The position numbers and the translations under genes were made by a program. A stretch of DNA of 28,423 bases. Origin: Thermoanaerobaculia bacterium. Lineage in GTDB: Bacteria; Acidobacteriota; Thermoanaerobaculia; Gp7-AA8. Below the pieces are notes generated by a model. The model saw only the letters and a program-made list of their open reading frames with translations, had not been told where the DNA came from and made no database searches. Position 1 is the stretch's first letter. Every line of letters starts with the position of its first letter. The stretch lies in the NCBI GenBank assembly GCA_036498125.1, contig DASXIH010000165.1, positions 1 to 28,423 of the forward strand, in the 5' to 3' direction. Shown one piece after another: positions 1 to 8,900 of this stretch.

Positions 1-1
1 C

Positions 2-400
2 CTGCAGCAGGAGCTCGCCCGTCTCGCCGCCACGAAGAACGATCAGCGCGGCCTCGTCGTCACGCTCCCCGGCATCTTCTTCGACACCGGCAAGTCGACC
101 CTGAAGGCCGGCGCGAAGAACACCCTCGCCAAGATCGCCGAGCAGCTAAAAGGCGACAGCGACGTCCGCGTCTCGATCGAAGGGCACACCGACAGCGTCG
201 GCAGCGACGAGAAGAACCAGCAGCTCTCCGAGAAGCGCGCGAACGCCGTCCGCGATTACCTCGTCAGCACCGGCGTCCCCGCCGACCGCGTCTCCGCCAC
301 CGGCAAAGGCGAAGCCGACCCCGTCGCCTCCAACAAGACCTCCGCCGGCCGCCTCCAGAACCGCCGCGTCGAAATGATCATCACCACCTCGAAGACCTAA
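2..400 (+). CDS. OmpA/Pal-like peptidoglycan-binding domain protein, C-terminal part (5' end outside window)
   Basis: Hand translation of frame 2 (not in ORF track): LQQELARLAATKNDQRGLVVTLPGIFFDTGKSTLK...IEGHTDSVGSDEKNQQLSEKRANAVRDYL...GKGEADPVASNKTSAGRLQNRRVEMII, TAA at 398-400. Contains the OmpA C-like motifs FDTG, EGHTD, LSxxRA and NRRVE. Confidence 0.93.
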   Translation: MQQELARLAATKNDQRGLVVTLPGIFFDTGKSTLKAGAKNTLAKIAEQLKGDSDVRVSIEGHTDSVGSDEKNQQLSEKRANAVRDYLVSTGVPADRVSATGKGEADPVASNKTSAGRLQNRRVEMIITTSKT

Positions 401-445
401 CTTCCCGTCGCATGCATCGTCCAACTCCTGAAGTTAGGAGGATGC

Positions 446-1330
446 ATGCGACGGTTTCTGCCTTTTCTCGCTCTCTCTTTCCTCGCTCTTCCGGCGTTCG
501 CGTATCGCGGCCACGGATTGAACGTCAATATTTCGACAGACGATGACGAGCCGCTGACGCGCTGCGATCAGATCCGGGCGACGGTCGACGGCGAACGCCT
601 GCCGGTGACCGAGGAGACGCTCGATGCGCACGGCGTGCGGTCACTGGCGGTGCACACGTCGAAAAACGGCGGCGTCTATGTGATCGGAACGGACGACGGC
701 GCGTATTCGGTCAAGGCGTGCAAGGCGGCGGCGTTCGCCGATGTGTCGTCGATCCGGGCCGGCATCAGCGGCGGGACGGTGACGGCGGACGGGCCCGACC
801 GGAGCGATTGGGTCGTCTACTTCATCGTGCGCGCGCCGCGGAATGCGTCGCTCGATCTCTCGGCCTACAACGGGCCGATCGCTGTGCGCGACGTCGTCGG
901 GACGATCACCGCCCACACGCAGAACGGGCCGCTTTCGCTGAAGAACACGAGCGGCACGATCGACGCGAGCGCCGTCAACGGTCCCGTGAGCTTCGCGGGC
1001 GACTCGGGCGACGTGAAGCTGCGCGTCCAGAACGGCCCGCTCTCGGTCAAGCTCTCGTCGGACTTCTGGGGGAGGGGATCGCTCGACGCCTCGACGGAGA
1101 ACGGACCGCTTTCTCTGAAACTCCCGCAGAACTATCGGTCGGGTGTTCTCGTCGAAACAGATGGGAATGGACCTGTGAGCTGCAAAGCAGAAGCGTGCCG
1201 CGGAGTGAGAGCGTTCCGGGACGACGGCGATGAAGATCGCTATCCCCGCCGCATCGAGCTCGGCAGCGGCGCGAAGGTTGTGCATCTTTCGACGACGAAC
1301 GGACCTCTGTCGATCAAAGAGCGCGACTAA
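446..1330 (+). CDS. Exported beta-strand-repeat (DUF4097/adhesin-like) protein, 294 aa
   Basis: SD AGGAGG at 436-441; signal peptide MRRFLPFLALSFLALPAFA; about 8 repeats of an xxNGP(L/V/I)S motif (SAYNGPIAV, HTQNGPLSL, SAVNGPVSF, RVQNGPLSV, STENGPLSL, STTNGPLSI). Confidence 0.75.
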   Translation: MRRFLPFLALSFLALPAFAYRGHGLNVNISTDDDEPLTRCDQIRATVDGERLPVTEETLDAHGVRSLAVHTSKNGGVYVIGTDDGAYSVKACKAAAFADVSSIRAGISGGTVTADGPDRSDWVVYFIVRAPRNASLDLSAYNGPIAVRDVVGTITAHTQNGPLSLKNTSGTIDASAVNGPVSFAGDSGDVKLRVQNGPLSVKLSSDFWGRGSLDASTENGPLSLKLPQNYRSGVLVETDGNGPVSCKAEACRGVRAFRDDGDEDRYPRRIELGSGAKVVHLSTTNGPLSIKERD

Positions 1331-1339
1331 GGCCGTGGC

Positions 1340-1368
1340 GGTGCGCGCCGGTGGGCTCGGCGCGCACC
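1340..1368. repeat. GC-rich hairpin (REP-like or terminator stem)
   Basis: GGTGCGCGCCG (1340-1350) and CGGCGCGCACC (1358-1368) are a perfect 11-bp inverted repeat with a 7-nt loop, 10 nt after the 1330 stop. No U-tract. Confidence 0.6.
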
Positions 1369-1378
1369 AGCCCGCCAT

Positions 1379-1384
1379 TACAAT
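1379..1384 (+). promoter_or_regulatory. Putative -10 element of a leaderless transcript
   Basis: TACAAT, then exactly 6 nt, then the GTG start at 1391; no SD. Confidence 0.6.
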
Positions 1385-1390
1385 GCCGCC

Positions 1391-2688
1391 GTGCAGCGAG
1401 CCGCGCGCCGGTTGCCCGCCGTTCTTGGAGTCACCTTCGGCCTCGCCGTCACGATCGGCAACATCATCGGCGTCGGCATTCTCCGCGCCCCCGGCGAGAT
1501 CGCCGCCCGCCTCCCGAATTTCTGGCCGTACCTCGCCGTCTGGATGATCGGCGGCGCCTACGCGCTCCTCGGCGCGAACTCGCTCGCGGAGCTCGGCGCG
1601 ATGACGGCGCGCTCCGGCGGGCAGTACGTCTTTGTCCGCCGCGCCCTCGGCGACTACGCCGGCTTCGTCGTCGGCTGGAGCGACTGGATCTCGACCTGCG
1701 GCACGACCGCCGCCGTCGCGATCGTCATCGGCGAGTACTCGATCGTTCTCTTCCCCTCGCTCCGCGGCATCGAGATCGTCGCGTTGGTCGGCATCGCGAT
1801 CCTCACGGTCGTGCAGTGGTTCGGCACCAAGCCCGGCGCCGTCGCCCAGGACCTCACGAGCGTGCTCAAGACGGTCGTACTGTTGCTGCTCATCGTGGCG
1901 TGCTTCGTCGCGGGATCGCGTAACCCGTCGCACACCACGCTGAGCGCCGACGTCGAAGGTTCGGTCTTCGTGGCGTTCATCATCGCGCTGCAGGCGGTGA
2001 TCTACACCTACGACGGCTGGACGGCGGTCCTCTACTTTGGCGAAGAGGTGAAGGACCCCGGCCGCGACGTGCCGCGCTCGATGTTCGGCGGGCTGCTGCT
2101 GGTCATCGCCATCTACCTGCTGATCAACCTGGCGTTCCTGCGCGTGCTGCCGCTCGGATCGATCGCGGGGGAGAAGCTCGCGGCGGCGACCGTGTCGCGG
2201 CACATCTTCGGCCCGTACGGCGACACGATCGTCCGGTCGATTCTCGTGATCGCGATGATCAGCGCGCTCAACTCGAACGTGCTGATGGCGCCGCGCGTGA
2301 TCTTCGCGATGGCGAAGGACAAGCTGTTCTGGCGCCACGCGGCCGAGGTGAATCCGGGAGGGACGCCGGACGTGGCGTTGCTGATCAGCAGCGCGCTCGC
2401 GGTGGTCTTCATCGTCACGCAGACGTTCGACCAGGTGATCGCGAAGCTCGCCTTCTTCTTCGTCGCGAACTACACGCTGTCGTTCGCCGCGGTGTTCGCC
2501 TTGCGGCGCCGCGAGCCGGATGCACCACGCCCCTTCCGAGCGATTGGCCACCCGTTCACGACCGGCATCGCGCTCCTCGCCTCTCTCGTGTTCCTCGGCG
2601 GCGCCATCGCCAGCGACCCCCACAACTCGCTCTGGGCTCTCGGGCTTCTCGTAGCGAGCCTTCCGATCTATCTTCTCGTCCGCTCACG

Positions 2689-2692
<4 letters not shown>
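1391..2692 (+). CDS. APC-family amino acid/polyamine permease, 433 aa
   Basis: Many hydrophobic TM segments; APC motifs GNIIGVGI, AELGAMTARSGGQYVF, YDGW, EEVKDPGRDVPRSM, RRREPDAPRPF. Confidence 0.93.
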
Positions 2693-3750
<1,058 letters not shown>

Positions 3751-4247
3751 ACCGGACACGTTTCGTCGTGGGCTCCCGGCAGGTAGCCGATGCTGAGCAG
3801 GAACGACGTCGTGATCTCGCCGCCGGTGAACACGAACGTCTTCTTGAACAATTTCACCCACTCGTCCTTGCTCCGAGGATGGTGCTCATCCAGCCACTCC
3901 GCGAACGACCCGATCTTCCGAAGCCGTTTCGCATTCTCGACCGCCGCCTCGATCTTCAGCCGGTTCCGGATGATGCCCGGGTTCGACATCAGCTTCGCCT
4001 TCCGCGCTTCCGTGAACCGCGCCACGCGGTCGATGTCGAAGCCGCCGAACGCCTCACGGAACGCGTCCCGCTTCTTCAGGATCGTGAGCCACGACAGGCC
4101 CGCCTGGTTGATCTCGAGCACGAGCCGCTCGAACAGCGCGTCGTCGTCATCGACGGGAAACCCGTACTCGTGGTCATGATACGGCCCATGGTACGGATCC
4201 CCCGGCGCGATGTCGCAGTAGCTCACTCGACCCGCAGTCTATGCCTG

Positions 4248-4329
4248 GGAGGGGCGGACGCCCTCGTCCGCCCGGCCGCGCGACAGCGCGGCTTCGCCGC
4301 GCAGGGCGGACGGGGGCGTCCGCCCCTCC
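4248..4329. repeat. Composite REP/BIME-like palindrome (three hairpins)
   Basis: 26-bp arms GGAGGGGCGGACGCCCTCGTCCGCCC (4248-4273) and GGGCGGACGGGGGCGTCCGCCCCTCC (4304-4329) are inverted with 1 mismatch. Each arm is itself a hairpin, and a central hairpin GCGCGGC-TTC-GCCGCGC lies at 4286-4302. Confidence 0.85.
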
Positions 4330-4332
4330 GGG

Positions 4333-7074
4333 TCATTGTGCCGCGAGGTTGGCGGCGAGGTACGTTGGATCGTTCGTGCCGTTGTCGTTCATCGTGGCGT
4401 AGGCGCCGATGAGGCCGGAGAGCGGGGTGATGCGAATGAGGGCGGCGGTGGGGCCGTCGCCGAGGCCGCGGGCGTGGAAGATGTCGTTGATCTGCACGCC
4501 GCCGGCTGACGGGACGTTCATCGTGAAAGTGTCGATCGTCTTTCCCTTGTCATCGATGACGTCGACGCGCGCCTGCACGTTCTGGCCGGTTGAATTCGGG
4601 GTGCATTCGACGAACCCGACGTTCGTGCGGAAGCCCTTGCCGCCGACGACGCCGAGGATCTCGAGCGTGTCGCCGGGGCCGCCGAGCTGGAAATTGTTGA
4701 ACGGCGGCATGAGGAAGCCGTACGTGCCCCCCTTGCCATCGACACCGTCGTCGATGCTGTAGGTGCGCGACGTGACCCGCACCGTCTGGCCGGGGTTGTT
4801 GAAGTACAGCGCCTGGTAGCGCAGGCGTGCGATGCCGGTCTTTCCGAACAGCTTCACGAGCACGTCGGGGATGATTCGCGCCTCGCCGGGCAGCATGGTG
4901 AATTGAACCGAGAGCGGCGCATAGGAGTTGTCCCACGGCCTTGCCTGCAAGTTGACCGTCCGTTGCTCCGTGGTCGGATTGTAGAGATAGAGGTCGCTGC
5001 GGAACTTCGATCCGTTCGCGCCCTCGATGTGGCCGATCGCCGGAATCGTTCGCGCCAGGAGGGTCGACGACGAAAGGTCGGGCGGGAAGTAGGTCGGATC
5101 GTTGGTGCGATTGTCGATCGCGATGACCGAGGCGATCGCGGTGCCGCTCGCCGGCTTCACGATCAGCGCGCCCGGCTCGAAGTCGAGGATGCCGAGGGCC
5201 GGCGTGATGCCGTTCATCTGCACCTGACCGTTCGGCGGTGCGGAGAAATGTGGCGTCGCCGTTCCGATCGATCCGAGCAGTCCGGCGCCCGACAACACCG
5301 CCTCGGTGCCGCGGCCTGACGTGTCGGTGATCACCAGATTCGTCCTGAAATTCGCGCCGGGGAACGCGCCCGAAAACGTGACGGGGAAGCGCGAGCTGGC
5401 CGCCGCGGCGAGGAAATCGATTCCGTTCATGCTGAAGCCGTACGTCCCGTTGGCGGCCGTCGTGTACGTCCGGCTGGTGACGTTCACGGCGAGATCGGGC
5501 GTGAGGAAGAACACGCCGCCGCCGGAATCGACGTTGAAGAGCGCCTTCAACGCGTCGGGAATGACGCGGATCTCCTTGCCGGCGAGCGTGAGCGTCGTCG
5601 TCTTTGCTTCGAGCGTCGTGAAGCTGTCGCCCGTCTGGACGTAGTCGATCCGGACGTTCTGAGAGTCGGGCAGCGGGTTGTAGAGCACGATGTCGCTCTG
5701 CCAGTAGCTGTTGAATGCGCCGGCGGTTCGCGCCATGCCGGGGAGCGCCAGCTTCTGGTTGAGCGACGCACGCACGACGCCCCACTCCTGGAGCACGTCG
5801 CTGCCGCCCGCCGACGGAGGCAATGGGTCGCTGACGGGGATCGCGAGCTGCTGCACCACACCGGAGTCGAAGACGAAGGGCTCGCCGCCAGCGATCTTGT
5901 CGACGTCGACGTGCACGAAACCCTTGTTGAGCTGCTCGTTCATGAAAAGCTCGTCATAGGCAGCCGGCGCGGGCTCGCCCGTATGCCAGAGGGCGAGTGC
6001 GGGATCGATGAAGGTCGTCGCCGTATCGACGGCGCGGGGGCGATGGACCTGCACCAGGAGCGTGTTTCCCGACACGCCGGCGTGGAGCGCTTCCACCGAC
6101 GGCGACGTGACGTCGCTCCACTGCACGACCGGATCTGCCAGCAGCGTCTGGTAGTAGAGGGTCGTCGGGTTGCCGCGTTTGATGATCCACGCGCCTTCGT
6201 AGTCGGACGTCGGAACGGCGAAGACGCCGATCGAGTCGGAGGGAGAGGTGTTCTGCGCCAGGGTCTTTTCGCTGATGCCGTCGATGCGAACGATGCGATG
6301 GTCGAATGACGCGCCGAGGCCGCTGCGGCGATCGAGGTACAGCGCATTCGTCGACGTGATCCACCCTTCGAACTGTGCATCCGTCGTCGCCTTGATCCCG
6401 AGGAAAGAGCCGTCGATGCCGAGGATCGAGAGCGTCGCCGTGTTGCCGGAGACGGTACGGAGGATGAACTTCGTGCCGTCGCGGTTCCGGCCGTTCAGCG
6501 TGACCGTTTGTCCCAGCGGATTCGCGTAGAGCACGCGCGTGCTGCCGTCCGCGTCGACGCTATAGATCTTGAAGGGGGAGAAGGCGACCACGAACGGTGT
6601 GGCGTCATTGCCGATCCGAAGCTGGTTCCAACGTTCGTGCGTGATCGGGCCGCCGACGTCGACGGTGCCATCGACGTTGTAGTAGGCGAAAGGGATGTCG
6701 ATGGTCTTCCAGCTCTGGCCGCTGTCGTTCGAGAAGTACCACTTGATGTCCCAGGCGGGCGCCACCAGCGCTTGCAACAGGATCGTGAGGACGCCGTCTT
6801 TCTCGTGGACCGCGCCGCCGTTGAAGTACATGGCCGCGGCGGAGAAGACGACGCGCGGCTCCTCGGCGCCCGTCGAGTCGTAGACGACGATCTCTCCGTT
6901 CTGCGACGTCGTCTGCTCGTAAAGCACGAAGTAACGGTTGCTCCGCGCCTGCTCCAGCGGATGTGCCGTGCGGTTCGTGTACGGCGCATACGAAATGACG
7001 CGAGCCGAAGCGGCGGAAGCGGCGAGAAGAACGACGGAGACGAGCGCGAAGCGCACCCGGGAGACGAGCCGCAT
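4333..7074 (-). CDS. Large exported protein with a duplicated ~230-aa C-terminal beta-rich module, 913 aa
   Basis: SD AGGAGG; signal peptide MRLVSRVRFALVSVVLLAASAASA; internal duplication (YWQSDIVLYNP/FRSDLYLYNP, VTSRTY...GTYGF twice, FRTN twice, NDPTY twice). Confidence 0.85.
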   Translation of the reverse strand: MRLVSRVRFALVSVVLLAASAASARVISYAPYTNRTAHPLEQARSNRYFVLYEQTTSQNGEIVVYDSTGAEEPRVVFSAAAMYFNGGAVHEKDGVLTILLQALVAPAWDIKWYFSNDSGQSWKTIDIPFAYYNVDGTVDVGGPITHERWNQLRIGNDATPFVVAFSPFKIYSVDADGSTRVLYANPLGQTVTLNGRNRDGTKFILRTVSGNTATLSILGIDGSFLGIKATTDAQFEGWITSTNALYLDRRSGLGASFDHRIVRIDGISEKTLAQNTSPSDSIGVFAVPTSDYEGAWIIKRGNPTTLYYQTLLADPVVQWSDVTSPSVEALHAGVSGNTLLVQVHRPRAVDTATTFIDPALALWHTGEPAPAAYDELFMNEQLNKGFVHVDVDKIAGGEPFVFDSGVVQQLAIPVSDPLPPSAGGSDVLQEWGVVRASLNQKLALPGMARTAGAFNSYWQSDIVLYNPLPDSQNVRIDYVQTGDSFTTLEAKTTTLTLAGKEIRVIPDALKALFNVDSGGGVFFLTPDLAVNVTSRTYTTAANGTYGFSMNGIDFLAAAASSRFPVTFSGAFPGANFRTNLVITDTSGRGTEAVLSGAGLLGSIGTATPHFSAPPNGQVQMNGITPALGILDFEPGALIVKPASGTAIASVIAIDNRTNDPTYFPPDLSSSTLLARTIPAIGHIEGANGSKFRSDLYLYNPTTEQRTVNLQARPWDNSYAPLSVQFTMLPGEARIIPDVLVKLFGKTGIARLRYQALYFNNPGQTVRVTSRTYSIDDGVDGKGGTYGFLMPPFNNFQLGGPGDTLEILGVVGGKGFRTNVGFVECTPNSTGQNVQARVDVIDDKGKTIDTFTMNVPSAGGVQINDIFHARGLGDGPTAALIRITPLSGLIGAYATMNDNGTNDPTYLAANLAAQ

Positions 7075-7093
7075 GAGATCCTCCTGACTTCCG

Positions 7094-8353
7094 TCAGGTT
7101 GTACGGAGCTCGCGCGCAGCGCGTCGCCCGCTTTCGATTGCTCCGGCTACCGTCCCTGTCTGATCGCCCGAGGTCGCCTCTCCCGCGAAGAAGAGCGTGC
7201 GCGCGACCGGCCTGCCGAGCTGCTTGTGCGCTTCGGCGCCGCCGACGCCGGCGTACGAGTACGCGCAACGGCTGAAGGGGTCGGACTGCCAGTCGTGCAT
7301 GTACGTCGCGACGAGCAGCGACTCGATTTTCCGGCGTTTGACGTTGAACGCCGCGGCCATCGAGTCGATCGCGCGGCTCACCCGCGCTTCCTCCGATTCG
7401 GCGAGGAGGGCATCCGCTGCATGCCCTCCCGCCCAGCCGATGAGGATCGACGCGCGGACGGGAGCGTACGTCCACCACGTCGGCACGTAGCGGTCGTTCG
7501 AGTGGAGGAAGTTCACCTCCGGCTCCCAGAACGGCTCGCGGAAACGGAAGACGATCTTGACGACGTGTCCCAGCTCGATCTTCTCGATGGCGCGCTCTTT
7601 GTCGCGCAGCGGCGGATCGAATTCGATGGCGCCGTCGGAGTCGCGCGGCGCCTTCCAGACGCCGATCGGAATCGTGATCACCGCGGCGCGTGCGCGGATC
7701 GTGTCGCGCGTCGTCTCGACGGCGACGTCGTCTTCGCGCCACCGGATGCGCTTCACGGCCGTGTTCAGCCGCAGCTCGCTGCGGTCGGGCGCTACTCCGG
7801 CGAGCAGCCACTGGATCACGCGGTCGTACCCGTTCACGATCCGGAACTGCGCGGGCGCCTCGGTCTCCTCGTCCGACGAGCGCAAGGCCGCGGCGCTGAT
7901 CCGGTCGGCGTGCGCCGCGTGGTAGCCCTCGACGAAGTTGTACGCGAGCTCGCGCAGCGGCGGATCGAGGCCGCGCTGCGAGCGGAGGAACTGCGCGAAC
8001 GAGACGTCGCGCTTCCGGTTCGGGATCTTCGCGCGGAGTCGGGCGATTCGCGTCCAGAAGTCGTCGCGCTTCGACCACTTCCCGTGATGCGACCAGAAAT
8101 GCGTGTCGGGAAGCTGCATCGCGATGAGCGGCGCCGCGTTCACGGCGGCGAACGTCGCTTCCGCTTCGCCGTGGATGAACTCCGCTCCGAGCTCGACCGG
8201 CATCGCCACGCCGTCGATGCGGCGCGTATCGACGCGGCCGCCTACCCGCTCGCGCGCTTCGACGATGCAGACACGCTTTCCGGCGCCGGAGAGGTCGCGC
8301 GCTGCGGATAAACCGGCAGCGCCGGCGCCGATGACCACGACGTCAAACTTCAC
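7094..8353 (-). CDS. Flavin monoamine oxidase family FAD-dependent oxidoreductase, 419 aa
   Basis: VIGAGAAGLSAA, EARERVGGRV, ELGAEFIHG, FFAGEAT, GTVAGAIESGRRAA; GTG start. Confidence 0.92.
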   Translation of the reverse strand: MKFDVVVIGAGAAGLSAARDLSGAGKRVCIVEARERVGGRVDTRRIDGVAMPVELGAEFIHGEAEATFAAVNAAPLIAMQLPDTHFWSHHGKWSKRDDFWTRIARLRAKIPNRKRDVSFAQFLRSQRGLDPPLRELAYNFVEGYHAAHADRISAAALRSSDEETEAPAQFRIVNGYDRVIQWLLAGVAPDRSELRLNTAVKRIRWREDDVAVETTRDTIRARAAVITIPIGVWKAPRDSDGAIEFDPPLRDKERAIEKIELGHVVKIVFRFREPFWEPEVNFLHSNDRYVPTWWTYAPVRASILIGWAGGHAADALLAESEEARVSRAIDSMAAAFNVKRRKIESLLVATYMHDWQSDPFSRCAYSYAGVGGAEAHKQLGRPVARTLFFAGEATSGDQTGTVAGAIESGRRAARELRTT

Positions 8354-8385
8354 TCAACCGTGGGAGGTGCAAATCGGGTGCTGTT

Positions 8386-8604
8386 CTACTCAGCGCAGAT
8401 CTGCGACCACGGGAGCTGGCGGACGAGCATCACTTTCTCGTCGATCTCCCCCTGCGTGGCCCGGTCGCCCAGCACACGGCGCAGGTACTCGACTTCCGTC
8501 GAGACCAGCTTGTTGTGCTTCGGCAGCAGCCGGATCGCCGCAGTTTGGAGATTCCGTTCCGAGACAGTGACGAGCTTCGGGGTCTTGGTGACGTTCTCGC
8601 GCAT
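8386..8604 (-). CDS. Small hypothetical protein, 72 aa
   Basis: MRENVTKTPK...LPWSQICAE. High GC at third codon positions like neighbouring genes. ATG 8604 (preceded by GGAAAAGAT) preferred over the track's TTG 8631. Confidence 0.65.
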   Translation of the reverse strand: MRENVTKTPKLVTVSERNLQTAAIRLLPKHNKLVSTEVEYLRRVLGDRATQGEIDEKVMLVRQLPWSQICAE

Positions 8605-8653
8605 ATCTTTTCCAACGACGATTGCCGGCAAAGTAATCCTAATGCTGAGCTGT

Positions 8654-8821
8654 TTACCTTTTACGCGTATTCGCCGGCACCCGGAGCGGGATCGACGACC
8701 GGAACGCGAGCGACTCCTGGATGAGCTCCCGCGGACGCGAGACGCAGCTGCAGAGGGCGCACTTCGTCCCCTCGGCGTGCGCCGCTTTGGAGTGGCCGCA
8801 GTAGGGACAGGTCGCTCGCAT
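8654..8821 (-). CDS. Small Cys/His-rich putative zinc-finger protein, 55 aa (below ORF-track cutoff)
   Basis: Hand translation: MRATCPYCGHSKAAHAEGTKCALCSCVSRPRELIQESLAFRSSIPLRVPANTRKR*. Pattern CxxCxH-x4-H-x5-CxxCxC; fills an otherwise empty intergenic gap. Confidence 0.7.
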   Translation of the reverse strand: MRATCPYCGHSKAAHAEGTKCALCSCVSRPRELIQESLAFRSSIPLRVPANTRKR

Positions 8822-8900
8822 CTTCAGTTATTCATAGCGATAATGGTGCCGTTTGTCTGATATCCAGCATTTCTCTCATGCGCGTAGAATTTCTTCCTGC

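Noticed and set aside
641-2623. 660-aa minus-strand ORF and similar long shadow ORFs (6495-8078, 9558-12395, 14014-15531, 21351-23144)
   Set aside because: They are antisense or off-frame to well-supported genes, are Arg/Ala/Gly-rich and motif-free, and are expected from stop-codon scarcity in high-GC DNA.
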